64,000 nt of DNA from Candidatus Bipolaricaulota bacterium (GCA_030606565.1 JAUWGE010000005.1:7777-71776); one strand, 5' to 3'. Numbered from the stretch's first letter, positions 1 through 10,278 are shown. Program-made: numbers and translations. Notes: a model not told the origin generated them from the sequence alone.

Positions 1-111
1 CCCTTTTCCCACTCCCTTCTTCTGAGTTGGCCAATCCTATGAAGCGCCCTATACTGGGGTTTGATTCATGAACAAGTCACGGGAAACATACTGTGATGAA
101 AGGAGGGAACA

Positions 112-3100
112 GTGATGAAAAAGGCAGTGATAGTTGGTCTGTTACTCGTTATGGCCTTAACAGGCCTGGGATTGGGACGCGAGATCGTTGTGACAAGCAC
201 AGCAGACAGCGGAACGGGGAGCTTTCGCTGGGCACTTCAAACAGCACGATCGGGCGATACGATCACGTTCGACCCCGAGATCTTCCCGCCCGACGATCCG
301 GCGACGATCTATCCGAAAAGCCGCCTGCCCGTTGTCCATCAAGGACAGTTGACGATCGATGCCAGCGACGCCGGGATAATTCTTGACGGTAGTTGCATGG
401 AGGAAGATTGGGTCATCGGGCTGGAGATCCGCTCTGATGGGAACGCCATTCGCGGGCTACAGATTGTGAAGTTCTTGACTGGAGCGGGAATTGCTCTGTC
501 GAAGCATGCCGAGAACAACGTTATAGGTGGCAGCAGAAGCGTCGGTTCAGGCCCACTCGGTCAGGGCAATCTGTGTAGTGGAAACGGCGTCGGAATCCGC
601 CTGCAGGGTGCGAGGGTATCCCATAACGCAATCCTGGGCAACTTTATCGGAACCGACACCAGCGGGACAGAACCTTGGGGAAACCAGACCGGAATCTACG
701 TTCTAAAAGGGGCTAGCCACAACACCATCGGCCCAGACAACATCATCGCCTTCAACAAGGAGGAAGGTGTACAGATCTACAATCCAGGTTCGCTGTTCAA
801 TACCATCAGTCGCAACAGCATTCATGACAACGGCGTGTTCGGCATCCTTCTGAATGAAGATGGGAACGGCGACCTGCCTGCCCCTTCTGTGACTAGCGCG
901 GATTTTCAGACCGGCACCCTAGTCGGCAGCGCGTGTGCCAATTGCATCGTTGAGATCTTCTCAGATCGTGGGAGTGAAGGAGGCGTCTATGAAGGCCAAG
1001 CGGTTGCGGATGCCAGTGGGGCCTTCGCGTTCGAAAAGGGTGGTCCTTTCTTTGGCCCCAATGTGACTCTCACCACCACAGCCACGGATGGCAGTACAAG
1101 CGGTTTTGCCGTTGCCGTGCTAAGTGTGGGAGTAGCTTCGCTTTCCCAAGAGGGACCACCGCAGGAGCTTATTGTGGCGAGTACCGTAGATAGTGGGTAC
1201 GGGACATTACGCTGGGCGCTTCAGGCCGCTCGCGCTGGTGACACGGTCACGTTCGACCCCGCAGTGTTCCCACCAGAGAATCCAGCGACGATCCGTCCCC
1301 GAACCGCGCTTCCACCCATCAGATGCGGGCGACTCACCATCATTGCCAGCAACGCCGGCGTGATTCTGGACGGGAGCAAGATGGAGGGGGATTGGGTTGT
1401 CGGGCTGGAGATCTACTCCGATGGGAATACCATCCAAGGACTGCAGATAATTAACTGCTTCCCCGGTGCAGGAATCGTTCTGCAGAACGCCCAACGCAAC
1501 ACGATTGGGGGGAGTCGAAACATCGGATTTGGCCCGATGGGTCAAGGCAATCTGATGAGTGGGAACGCTATCGGAATCGTGATGTCCGGTACGGGAACGA
1601 TGCTGAACAAAGTCGCTGGAAACCTTATTGGGACGGATGTGGCTGGTGAACGTGCCTGGCCGGGAAGAGAGGGCTGGGGCAACTACGACATGGGAGTCTA
1701 TATCACTAGAGGAGCGAGCCACAACGTCATTGGGCCGGACAACGTGATCGCGTACAACGGAGGAGCAGGCGTGCAGGTCTACCGCGCAAACTCGGTCTGC
1801 AACACGATTACCAGGAACAGCATTCACAACAATGGAGTGGAACAGATCTGCCTCAACGCAGGGGGCAACGGGGAACTCTCCCCTCCGGTTATTCTGAGCT
1901 TCTCTCTGGCAGATGGAAGTGTGAGTGGCGTTGGGTGTCGCGGTTGTACGATCGAAGTGCTCTCACAAGGGAACGGCGTCGGCATGCTGTTCGAAGGAGA
2001 GGCAACCGTGGACGAAACTGGTTCATTCACGTTCACCAAGGGATCGCCCTTCGTTGGGTCCCATCTCATTGCGACGGTTACTGACGAGAGCGGGAATACC
2101 AGTGAGTTCTCAAGACCTACGTCGGGATTACGCAAATCCGCCATTCTTCAGGACGGAAACAACTTCCCCAGAACCCAGCTGATGACCAAGAGATCAGGAG
2201 AACTTGGGGAGAACTGGATAGGGGACTTCCCTGAAATCGGATCCATCGCACTTCGGCTTGAGAACCTTCTTCGCGCCGGCTTCAAGTGGCAGAAGGTGGA
2301 TATACTCCAGGATCGCCAGCACCAGGAGGACAAAGACAGCAGGTACGGGGGAACATTCTGGGAGGTGGATTGGCATACGGAGGACTACACCGTCGATCCA
2401 GAAGATGACAACGCCATTACTGAGTTGGCCAACAATGGCGTGTCGCTTGTTGCCTGCCTGGGTTGCTTGCTTGATGAGACCGGCCTTGTAGAGCATGGTA
2501 GGTTCAAGACAGAAGAGGAGATACAGCTATATCTCAGCTACGTTCGCACGGTTGTCAGGCACTTCAAGGGGCGCATCCAGTATTACGATATCTGGAACGA
2601 GCCGAACGCTCAGTGTCTGAATTGGTACGTAGAGGTACTAGATTACATTAACCTCGTCCGCAGGACTATCCCGGTTATCCTTGAAGAATATCCGGAAGCG
2701 AAGATCATGATAGGGAGCACTACATCCCCGGACAACCCGACCTCACTAGATTACCTGCTTCGTGTCCTCAGCTCTGACATACTTCCCTTGGTGGACATCG
2801 TTTCTTGGCATCCGATGTTCGGGACCTCGCCGGAATATGCTTACTGCAAAGACTACTACTACGAATACCCGTCTATCGTGCAGAAGATCAAGGATGTGGC
2901 CTCCGCCCACGGCTTCGAGGGGGAATACTACGCTGCTGAGATCAACTGGAGAACACCGGTATACAACAACCCTGGCTACTGGCAACCAACATACAGCGAG
3001 ACCGTATGCGCGAAGTACTATGCACGAGGGATCCTGATGCACCTGGGCATGGATGTCATGGCAGGAATCATCACATGGGGCGACAACCCAACGGCAGAGG

Positions 3101-3438
3101 ATGTGGTCCGAAACCTATGTACCGTCATGGCTGGCCACGAAGCGATCGATATGCCGGTGGCGATCGACATTGATTACGAGCCAGTGGCCTACTGCGCCTT
3201 CCGATATCCCAACGGCGATCGGATCCTTGCGGTCTGGACCGACGGCGTCGCGCAGGACAATGATCCGGGAGTCCCGGCGACGATTACGTTCCCCGGGCTC
3301 GTCGCAGAGAGTGTCGTTGGCATTGACGTACTGCACGGCTTCGAGCAGGAGCTGGTGCTTGAGATCGTGGACGAAAGCACTGTCGTCCACGACCTGTTAG
3401 TGAAGGACTACCCGATTATCTTGCGGCTTGCTCATTGA
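112..3438 (+). CDS. Large secreted multidomain protein. Signal peptide, then two tandem roughly 333-aa right-handed parallel beta-helix (PbH1-like) modules, then a C-terminal TIM-barrel clan GH-A-like glycosidase domain with a WNEPN motif.
   Basis: Hydrophobic N-terminus MMKKAVIVGLLLVMALTGLG. Repeat 1 begins REIVVTSTADSGTGSFRWALQTARSGDTITFDPEIFPP. Repeat 2 begins ELIVASTVDSGYGTLRWALQAARAGDTVTFDPAVFPP. NxIG and GN-rich beta-helix coils throughout. C-terminal region has YYDIWNEPN (clan GH-A acid/base-like) and a later EYYAAEINW. Confidence 0.7.
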   Translation: MMKKAVIVGLLLVMALTGLGLGREIVVTSTADSGTGSFRWALQTARSGDTITFDPEIFPPDDPATIYPKSRLPVVHQGQLTIDASDAGIILDGSCMEEDWVIGLEIRSDGNAIRGLQIVKFLTGAGIALSKHAENNVIGGSRSVGSGPLGQGNLCSGNGVGIRLQGARVSHNAILGNFIGTDTSGTEPWGNQTGIYVLKGASHNTIGPDNIIAFNKEEGVQIYNPGSLFNTISRNSIHDNGVFGILLNEDGNGDLPAPSVTSADFQTGTLVGSACANCIVEIFSDRGSEGGVYEGQAVADASGAFAFEKGGPFFGPNVTLTTTATDGSTSGFAVAVLSVGVASLSQEGPPQELIVASTVDSGYGTLRWALQAARAGDTVTFDPAVFPPENPATIRPRTALPPIRCGRLTIIASNAGVILDGSKMEGDWVVGLEIYSDGNTIQGLQIINCFPGAGIVLQNAQRNTIGGSRNIGFGPMGQGNLMSGNAIGIVMSGTGTMLNKVAGNLIGTDVAGERAWPGREGWGNYDMGVYITRGASHNVIGPDNVIAYNGGAGVQVYRANSVCNTITRNSIHNNGVEQICLNAGGNGELSPPVILSFSLADGSVSGVGCRGCTIEVLSQGNGVGMLFEGEATVDETGSFTFTKGSPFVGSHLIATVTDESGNTSEFSRPTSGLRKSAILQDGNNFPRTQLMTKRSGELGENWIGDFPEIGSIALRLENLLRAGFKWQKVDILQDRQHQEDKDSRYGGTFWEVDWHTEDYTVDPEDDNAITELANNGVSLVACLGCLLDETGLVEHGRFKTEEEIQLYLSYVRTVVRHFKGRIQYYDIWNEPNAQCLNWYVEVLDYINLVRRTIPVILEEYPEAKIMIGSTTSPDNPTSLDYLLRVLSSDILPLVDIVSWHPMFGTSPEYAYCKDYYYEYPSIVQKIKDVASAHGFEGEYYAAEINWRTPVYNNPGYWQPTYSETVCAKYYARGILMHLGMDVMAGIITWGDNPTAEDVVRNLCTVMAGHEAIDMPVAIDIDYEPVAYCAFRYPNGDRILAVWTDGVAQDNDPGVPATITFPGLVAESVVGIDVLHGFEQELVLEIVDESTVVHDLLVKDYPIILRLAH
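181..2180 (+). repeat. Intragenic tandem duplication: two roughly 1-kb copies (about 181-1179 and 1180-2180) that encode the two beta-helix modules of the 112..3438 protein.
   Basis: The protein halves align with each other (TSTADSGTGSFRWALQ vs STVDSGYGTLRWALQ; DGSCMEEDWVIGLEIRSDGN vs DGSKMEGDWVVGLEIYSDGN; HNTIGPDNIIAFN vs HNVIGPDNVIAYN). Confidence 0.7.
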
Positions 3439-3915
3439 GGAACAGCTCGACGCTCACGAGATAGGCAACAGAGCCAGAGTTGTTAAGAAGAACGTCGCCC
3501 ATAAAGGACGACGCTACAAACAGACAAGCTCCGGCGCTGCAGAATGAGGTAGCGGCGGAGCTTGTCTCCGACGTCGGGTTTGACTTGGGCCCAAGCGTTC
3601 TGCCCTGCCGTGTTTCTTACCCACAGATCTTAGCCAGTGATCCTCCGCATAAGCAAGGTAAGGCCGAAAGATAGTGCGCCGGCGATCGTCGGGGTCCCCT
3701 TGACAAGACCGCTTCCTCCCATGCGGCTCATCCTCTTACTGAAGATCAGAATCCCCTGAGCGATCGCCGCGGAGAGAGGTTCAAGGAGGCGGCCCTGGCG
3801 TACACCCCGGTGACATTAGCCACATAGTTAAAAGAGAGCCGGGGAGATCAAGTGAGGTGGTTTCAGAGATAGGCGGTATAATCGGCGAGATCGGCAGCAA
3901 AGGGAGGAAGAAGAC

Positions 3916-4860
3916 GTGGCAGCGTATCTAGGGAGGCGGTTCATCGGATTTCTTGCTGCCCTGGTCTTGGTCTCTTTGTTGGTCTTCCTTGCCATCCGGG
4001 TGGTCCCGGGGGATACGGCACAGATCATCCTCGGAACCGACGCTGATCCGAGCTCGCTCCACGCATTGCGGGAACGACTCGGGCTCAATGAACCCCTTTA
4101 TGTGCAGTACGGAACATGGATTAAGAACCTTCTCACCGGGAGGTTGGGTGAATCGATCCGCTACGGAAAGCCGATCGGCGAGCTGATCGCGTCCCGCTTC
4201 ACGGTTACCGGACCGTTGGCACTGTTGGCGATCGTCATCGCGCTTTTGCTGGGGATCCCGTTGGGAATCTTCGCTGCCACGCATCGCAGTCGTTTCGGTG
4301 ATTATGGGGTGATGGCCTTCTCCCAGTTTGGGCTGGCCGTACCTGCCTTTTGGGCGGGGATCCTGTTGATGCTACTCTTTTCGGTTAAGCTACGATGGTT
4401 CCCGGCGGGCGGGTTCACTCCTTGGTCAAAAAGCGTCTGGGGAGCGCTACGATCGATCTTCCTTCCCTCTCTCTCTCTAGGGGTGATTCACGCTGCCGTG
4501 ATCGCGCGGCTGACGCGCTCTACCCTGCTTGAGGTGTTAGGAGAGGACTACATTCGCACGGCACGAGGTAAGGGACTGGTCGAGCGGACCGTCCTCTATA
4601 AACACGCGCTTCGGAACGCTCTGATTCCCATTATCACTTTGGTAGGATTGCAGTTTGCCTCGCTACTCGGGGGGACGATCATCATCGAGAACGTCTTCTA
4701 CCTGCCCGGGTTGGGGCGGCTCGCCTATCAGGCGATCAGCGCCCGCGATCTTCCCGTTGTTCAGGATGTGGTCCTGTTAATCACCGTCTTGGTGGTGGGG
4801 CTAAGCGTATTGGTCGATGTCGCCTACGTGCTGCTCGATCCGAGGGTTCGGTTGGAGTAG
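3916..4860 (+). CDS. ABC transporter permease, DppB/OppB family (peptide/nickel type)
   Basis: GTG start 8 nt after GGGAGGA. N-terminus MAAYLGRRFIGFLAALVLVSLLVFLAIRVVPGD is classic DppB. Multiple TM segments and an EAA-like loop. Confidence 0.9.
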   Translation: MAAYLGRRFIGFLAALVLVSLLVFLAIRVVPGDTAQIILGTDADPSSLHALRERLGLNEPLYVQYGTWIKNLLTGRLGESIRYGKPIGELIASRFTVTGPLALLAIVIALLLGIPLGIFAATHRSRFGDYGVMAFSQFGLAVPAFWAGILLMLLFSVKLRWFPAGGFTPWSKSVWGALRSIFLPSLSLGVIHAAVIARLTRSTLLEVLGEDYIRTARGKGLVERTVLYKHALRNALIPIITLVGLQFASLLGGTIIIENVFYLPGLGRLAYQAISARDLPVVQDVVLLITVLVVGLSVLVDVAYVLLDPRVRLE

Positions 4861-4863
4861 GGA

Positions 4864-5715
4864 ATGACGCGCACGAGGCATTCGAGGCGAGCACGTTTGC
4901 CAAGGCGAAACACAAGTTTCGTCATCGGTGCGGTAATCGTGGGGCTTATCGCCCTCACCGCGTGCGTCAGTCTCTGCTATACCCCGTACGACCCAATCAA
5001 GATGGCAATCGAGGATCGATTGCAGGGGCCGAGCACGGCCCACCTGTTGGGGACCGATCAGTACGGGCGTGACATCCTCAGCCGCGTCATGGAGGGGGCG
5101 CAGAACTCTATCCTGGTCGGGGTTGTCGCGGTAGGAATCGGAATGAGTTTTGGGGTGCTGCTCGGCCTCTGGGTCACATTTTCTTCCGGCTGGGTCGATG
5201 AAGCGGTAATGCGGACCATGGACGTGATCTATGCGTTCCCGGCGATCTTAAACGCGATCCTGTTAGTGGCGATCCTCGGACCGGGAATAATCAACGCAAT
5301 GATCGCCATCGGAATTCACAATGTTCCCATCTTCGCGCGGCTGACAAGGGGGGGTGTCCTGCGAGCCAGAGAAGAGGAGTACGTCCTCGCCGCCTACAGT
5401 CTCGGGCGTCAACGGTGGGCGGTCGCCTGGCGGCATATCCTGCCAAACATCCTCTCCTCTCTCATCGTTCAAGGGACGATTCAGTTCGCGGCTGCCATCC
5501 TTGCGGAGGCTGCCTTGAGCTACCTCGGCCTGGGAACGCAGCTCCCCTATCCCAGCTGGGGGCGCATGCTACGTGAGGCCCAGACCTTCATGAGATTGGC
5601 ACCAGGGCTGGCGATCTTCCCTGGACTGGCCATTGCGCTCTCCGTTCTGGGATTCAACCTGCTTGGAGACGGGATGCGCGACCTGCTCGACCCAAAGTTG
5701 CGGGGCGCAGTTTGA
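4864..5715 (+). CDS. ABC transporter permease, DppC/OppC family
   Basis: Starts 4 nt after the upstream stop. N-terminal TM anchor plus conserved DppC-like core (LGTDQYGRDILSRV...). Confidence 0.9.
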   Translation: MTRTRHSRRARLPRRNTSFVIGAVIVGLIALTACVSLCYTPYDPIKMAIEDRLQGPSTAHLLGTDQYGRDILSRVMEGAQNSILVGVVAVGIGMSFGVLLGLWVTFSSGWVDEAVMRTMDVIYAFPAILNAILLVAILGPGIINAMIAIGIHNVPIFARLTRGGVLRAREEEYVLAAYSLGRQRWAVAWRHILPNILSSLIVQGTIQFAAAILAEAALSYLGLGTQLPYPSWGRMLREAQTFMRLAPGLAIFPGLAIALSVLGFNLLGDGMRDLLDPKLRGAV

Positions 5716-5790
5716 TCGCTTTTCCCTTGAAACCAGAAAGCTCCCTATGTATCTTACGTGCGATACCATAGCTTACCCGGGGAGGAGAAA

Positions 5791-7332
5791 ATGCGGATAA
5801 CAAAATATATCGGGAGTATGCTCTTCATTATCGGGATCTTGATGGGAGGGCTTACCTATGCGCAGAGCCTCGGAGGCACGCTGCGAGTGGCGGTACAAGG
5901 GGAACCACTCGGGTTAAACCTGATCCTTACCCCTTCGGCGGAGACCTATCAGTTGATCATGTACAACGTGCTGGAGCCGTTGCTGCGCTACACAGCTGAG
6001 GGGGAACTGACGCCGCTTCTTGCTACAAGCTACGAGATCGAGGAGATCGAGGGGGGTACTCGGTACACCTTCTACCTGCGCTCGGGGGTCACCTTCCACA
6101 ACGGTGAACCGTTCACGGCGCACGACATCAAATACACCTTCGACAGTCTGCTCGATCCGGCACTCGCCTCGCCGAACGCAGCCCCGTTCTCGTTTCTAAG
6201 AGGCATTGAGATTCTCAATGACCTAACCGTGCGCTTCGTGACAGAAGGTAAGGCGGCTCCGCTCCTCGGCTACCTGGCGTCGAACAAAGGAGCGGGGATC
6301 ATCCCCGAAGGGTCGACTATGGAAGCGCTAAAGACCCACCCCATCGGAACCGGGCCGTTCGCGTTCGCGGAGTGGATCCCCGGCGACCACTTGACCCTGG
6401 TGAAGAACCCTCACTACTGGAAAGAGGGAAGCCCGTACTTGGACGAGGTGATCGTCAAGTTCATCCCCGATCAAGCTGTCTCGCTGGCAGCGCTCCTGGC
6501 CGGAGACGTGGACATGGTCGACAAGATGGTCTCCGAGAACGCCCTTGTTTTGGAGAGCGATCCCCGATTCAAGGTCATCACCGGCTCTATGAACACGCCG
6601 CAGCTATTGGCGATCAATAATTCCCGCCCGCCGTTCAACAATGTTCTCGTCCGCCGTGCCCTGTGCTATGCCATCGACCGGGACGAGATTATCGCCGGCA
6701 CGGTCGCCCGCCCCAAATGGGGAACACCAATCGGCTCACACATGTCGCCGCTGAACCCGTTCTACGTCGATCTCGTCGGGATGTACCCGCATGATCCGGA
6801 CCGCGCACGTCAATTGCTGGCACAAGCCGGGTACCCGGATGGGTTTCAAACCACTATCTGCCTACCGCAGTTTGAGTTTCATATCCGCACCGGTGAGATC
6901 ATCGCTGACCAGCTGCGGGAGGTGGGGATCGATTGTTCCTTGCAGGTCCTCGAATGGGGGCAGTGGATCGAGCGGGTCTATTCACAGTGGGACTATGACA
7001 TGACGGTGATCGGACACGATCAGGGAGTCGAGCCGGCGGTCAATTTCACCAAACCGCTTGAGCGGGTGCAGGCAGACGGCAGTTCCGGCTACTACTTCCA
7101 GTATTCCAATCCGTTCCTACGAGAGCTGCTTGCGCGCGGGAGAGAGACCTTCGATATAGCAGAACGCAAGACGATCTATGCGATGGCACAGACGATCATC
7201 GCCAGCGACGCCATGGCCGTCTGGATTCAGGACATCCCCCAGTTTGAAGGGATGCGCTCCGAAGTGATGGGATATCGCCAGCTTCCCATCTACGTGCTTG
7301 ATCTGGCCAGACTCTATATAAGCGACGGCTGA
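5791..7332 (+). CDS. ABC transporter substrate-binding protein, family 5 (DppA/OppA-like). The ORF-track start at 5758 is probably upstream of the real start.
   Basis: Signal peptide MRITKYIGSMLFIIGILMGGLTYAQS. Family-5 SBP motifs (LVKNPHYW, PYLDEV). No ABC ATPase genes are adjacent. Confidence 0.85.
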   Translation: MRITKYIGSMLFIIGILMGGLTYAQSLGGTLRVAVQGEPLGLNLILTPSAETYQLIMYNVLEPLLRYTAEGELTPLLATSYEIEEIEGGTRYTFYLRSGVTFHNGEPFTAHDIKYTFDSLLDPALASPNAAPFSFLRGIEILNDLTVRFVTEGKAAPLLGYLASNKGAGIIPEGSTMEALKTHPIGTGPFAFAEWIPGDHLTLVKNPHYWKEGSPYLDEVIVKFIPDQAVSLAALLAGDVDMVDKMVSENALVLESDPRFKVITGSMNTPQLLAINNSRPPFNNVLVRRALCYAIDRDEIIAGTVARPKWGTPIGSHMSPLNPFYVDLVGMYPHDPDRARQLLAQAGYPDGFQTTICLPQFEFHIRTGEIIADQLREVGIDCSLQVLEWGQWIERVYSQWDYDMTVIGHDQGVEPAVNFTKPLERVQADGSSGYYFQYSNPFLRELLARGRETFDIAERKTIYAMAQTIIASDAMAVWIQDIPQFEGMRSEVMGYRQLPIYVLDLARLYISDG

Positions 7333-7408
7333 TCCGGTCCCGATATCGACTTTCTCGCTTCCCCTGACATGATCGGTATAATTACCGCACCACGCGTGAG
7401 GAGGAGGG

Positions 7409-8530
7409 ATGATGGCGAAGTACAAGATCGCTTGGCTTCCCGGCGATGGGATTGGAGGGGAAGTTCTCGATGCCGCAAAGAGGATGTTGGATAGGGTCGC
7501 CCTGGATGCGGAATACATCCGCGGCGACATCGGGTGGGAGTTCTGGAAATCCGAGGGGAACCCGCTTCCACAGAGGACGGTCGATCTTCTGAAATCGACC
7601 GATGCCTGCCTGTTCGGCGCGATCACCTCAAAGCCGAAGGAGGAGGCAGCGGCCGAGCTAGCTGCCCAATTGCAGGGAAAGGGGCTCGTCTACTCGAGCC
7701 CGATCGTGGGTTTGAGACAGCTCTTCAACCTGCACACCAACCTGCGGCCGTGCAAGGCCTATCCTGGGAACCCCCTCAACCTGCGCGACGACATCGATCT
7801 TGTCGTCTTTCGGGAGAATACCGAGGGACTCTACGCCGGAGTTGAGTTTCACCCCATCCCTGATGAGGTGCGCCGCGCACTTGAGAGCCATCCCAAGATG
7901 AAGCGATTCAGCGATATAGCAAACGAGGACATGGCGATTTCAACGCGCATATTTACCCGTAAGGGCTGTAGGACGATCGTGCGCGACGCGTTCGAGTACG
8001 CCAAAAACCACGACTATCACTCGGTCACCGTGGTGGAAAAACCAAACGTCATCCGCGAGACCTCAGGCCTAATGGTGCGTGAGGCGCGGATGATCGCCGA
8101 GGACTACGCCGGGATCGAGCTGTGGGAGACCAACGTCGACGCGATGTGTATGTGGCTGGTGAAGAACCCACAGAACTACGGGGTGTTGGTCTCGTCTAAC
8201 ATGTTCGGCGACATAATCTCTGATCTCTCAGCACAACTCGTCGGAGGGCTCGGGTTCGCTGCCGCCGGGAACATTGGCGACGACTACGCCGTGTTCGAGC
8301 CGACGCACGGCTCGGCACCTAAGTACGCAGGCCAGAACAAGGTCAACCCAATCGCCACTATCCGCGCTGCCAAGATGATGCTCGACTACCTCGGGGAGCG
8401 GGAGAAGGCGGATAAGATCGAGCGCGCCGTGGCACAGGTGACCGCAGAGGGGCGCGTCCGCACCTACGATATGGGTGGGAGCTCTTCGACAACGGAGATG
8501 GCCGAGGCAGTCGCCTCCGCCATCGGATAG
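7409..8530 (+). CDS. Isocitrate/isopropylmalate dehydrogenase family protein (beta-decarboxylating hydroxyacid dehydrogenase). Exact substrate unknown.
   Basis: RBS GAGGAGG. N-terminus [31 protein letters not shown] motif and C-terminal [16 protein letters not shown] are typical of the IDH/IPMDH/TtuC/DmlA family. Confidence 0.85.
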   Translation: MMAKYKIAWLPGDGIGGEVLDAAKRMLDRVALDAEYIRGDIGWEFWKSEGNPLPQRTVDLLKSTDACLFGAITSKPKEEAAAELAAQLQGKGLVYSSPIVGLRQLFNLHTNLRPCKAYPGNPLNLRDDIDLVVFRENTEGLYAGVEFHPIPDEVRRALESHPKMKRFSDIANEDMAISTRIFTRKGCRTIVRDAFEYAKNHDYHSVTVVEKPNVIRETSGLMVREARMIAEDYAGIELWETNVDAMCMWLVKNPQNYGVLVSSNMFGDIISDLSAQLVGGLGFAAAGNIGDDYAVFEPTHGSAPKYAGQNKVNPIATIRAAKMMLDYLGEREKADKIERAVAQVTAEGRVRTYDMGGSSSTTEMAEAVASAIG

Positions 8531-8539
8531 GAGGTCAAG

Positions 8540-9916
8540 ATGCAATCGATCAGCCACAGGATGGCACAGTTCGCTTGTACACTCACCTACGAGGCAATCC
8601 CAGAGCCAGCGCGGAAGGAGGCGAAGCGGTTCCTGCTCGACAGCATCGGCTGTGCCCTCGCCGCCCTCGATCTTCCCGATATGAAAGCCGCCTATCGCTA
8701 CATCCAGGAGCTTGGTGGAATTAAGCAGGCGATGATCATCGGCCATGGAACGCAGACAAACATTGCGAACGCCGCGCTTATGAACGCCCTGCTCATCAGA
8801 GCAATGGACTACAACGACATCTACTGGAAACAGGATCCGTCGCACCCTTCGGATATCATCCCAGCCGCGCTCGCCACGGGTGAGTACCGCGGCGCGAGCG
8901 GTAGGGATGTTCTCGTGGGGATCGTGATCGCCTATGAGCTTGAGATGCGCCTCTGCCTCGCTGCCGATCCAGGGATCCGTGAAGTCGGTTGGCATCACGC
9001 CAGCCTCACCCAGTTCGTCAGCCCGCTTGCCGCCGGAAGGATGCTCGGCCTCTCCGAGAATGAAATGGTCGCTGCCGTCGGGATCAGCGGCTCTAGCCAC
9101 TTTACCCTCGGCGGTGTCGTTGCCGGTCACCTGACGAACATGAAGAATACCGCCGACCCGATGGCAACCGAGGCGGGGGTGCGAGCGGCGATGCTCGCTA
9201 AAACCGGCTATACAGGCCCGGTGGAAGTGTTCGAGGGGAAGGAGGGCGCGTTCGACGTACTTGGAAACGTCACCTGGAACCCCGATCTCATGCTGGACGG
9301 CCTCGGCGAGGACTTCCTGATCACGCAGTGCGGGTACAAGGCATTCCCGACCGAGGCCCTCACCCACCAGCCGATCACGGCAACGCTTGAAGTGATGGCC
9401 GAGAACGGGATCGATCCGCATACAGTGGAGGAGGTGCTCGTTCGGACTACGACCCGCGGGGCGGACATCCTCTCTGATCCAAGCAAGTACAAACCGACGA
9501 CCAAGGAGACAGCAGATCACTCCCTCCCCTACTGCATCGCGGTTACAATCGCCAAGGGGAACGTCCTCCCCTCCGACTTTGAGGAGGAGGCGCTTAAGGA
9601 CCCGTTCGTTGGGGAACTCCTCTCGAAGATCAAGGTTGTCGCCGATCCTGAGATTGACGCCCTCTTCCCAAAGGTAAAACGGGCAATTGTCACCGTCACG
9701 ACCAAGGATGGAGGAAGCTTCACCAAGCAGGAAGACTTTGCCAAGGGACGGGCGGAGCGACCTCTTACAGATGAGGAGCTGATCGGAAAGTTCCGCGCTA
9801 ACGCGTCAGGCGCCGTCACCGACAACCGTCTTGATGAGATTGCTCGCGGCACTCTGAACCTGGAGGAGGTTTCCAATATTCGTAACTATATGAAACTCCT
9901 AATTCGCGATCGCTAA
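8540..9916 (+). CDS. MmgE/PrpD family protein (2-methylcitrate dehydratase-like)
   Basis: AGGAGG RBS. N-terminus MQSISHRMAQFACTLTYEAIPEPARKEAKRFLLDSIGCALAA matches the PrpD family N-terminus. About 458 aa, typical length. Lies 9 bp after the dehydrogenase gene. Confidence 0.85.
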   Translation: MQSISHRMAQFACTLTYEAIPEPARKEAKRFLLDSIGCALAALDLPDMKAAYRYIQELGGIKQAMIIGHGTQTNIANAALMNALLIRAMDYNDIYWKQDPSHPSDIIPAALATGEYRGASGRDVLVGIVIAYELEMRLCLAADPGIREVGWHHASLTQFVSPLAAGRMLGLSENEMVAAVGISGSSHFTLGGVVAGHLTNMKNTADPMATEAGVRAAMLAKTGYTGPVEVFEGKEGAFDVLGNVTWNPDLMLDGLGEDFLITQCGYKAFPTEALTHQPITATLEVMAENGIDPHTVEEVLVRTTTRGADILSDPSKYKPTTKETADHSLPYCIAVTIAKGNVLPSDFEEEALKDPFVGELLSKIKVVADPEIDALFPKVKRAIVTVTTKDGGSFTKQEDFAKGRAERPLTDEELIGKFRANASGAVTDNRLDEIARGTLNLEEVSNIRNYMKLLIRDR

Positions 9917-9975
9917 GGGTGCCCACAGGCCGCTTTTACGCAGCAAGCGGCGCAAGTTATATAGCCCGCAGAGCT

Positions 9976-10278
9976 CTAGGGAGTATCCTCCTCCCCACCT
10001 AATTTAAGTTGCAACTCTCCTTCCCCTATAAACTGTATGGGGCGGTGTTCCTCGAAGACCTTGATCACTTGTTCCACATGCTCACCCGGGCGCAGGTCAA
10101 ACTCAAACACATCCTTTCCCAAGTAATGGTAGCGAGGAAGTTGGTCTGCGGTGACTTCCAAGGTCCAGTGACCAGGAGGTAATCGATTAAATTGGAAGAA
10201 ACCATCCGGATCGCTAATCTGAAGGCGTGTTTCCTCACTACAGCTAAGCTTCACTAAAACATTGGCTATTCCTACCAC
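9976..10278 (-). CDS. Small hypothetical protein, possibly a carboxypeptidase-regulatory-like / transthyretin-like beta-sandwich domain
   Basis: 100-aa ORF with beta-rich composition (GHWTLEVTADQLPRYHY...). Assignment by weak resemblance only. Confidence 0.35.
   Translation of the reverse strand: MVGIANVLVKLSCSEETRLQISDPDGFFQFNRLPPGHWTLEVTADQLPRYHYLGKDVFEFDLRPGEHVEQVIKVFEEHRPIQFIGEGELQLKLGGEEDTP

Noticed and set aside
93-386. Overlapping ORFs 93..386 (+) and 157..342 (-) at the 5' end of the first gene
   Set aside because: Alternative frames of the signal-peptide/beta-helix region of the 112..3438 gene, whose frame carries the conserved repeat structure.
3440-3915. Possible small ORFs (3480..3674 +, and a minus-strand MSRMGGSGLVKGTPTIAGALSFGLTLLMRRITG peptide) upstream of the ABC permease
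   Set aside because: No RBS or motif support and the ORFs overlap each other. I treat the segment as promoter/leader for the dpp-like operon.
8228-9520. 430-aa ORF on the minus strand
   Set aside because: It lies entirely antisense to two well-supported plus-strand genes (the IDH-family and PrpD-family genes). High-GC DNA yields long spurious antisense ORFs, and it has no recognisable motifs.
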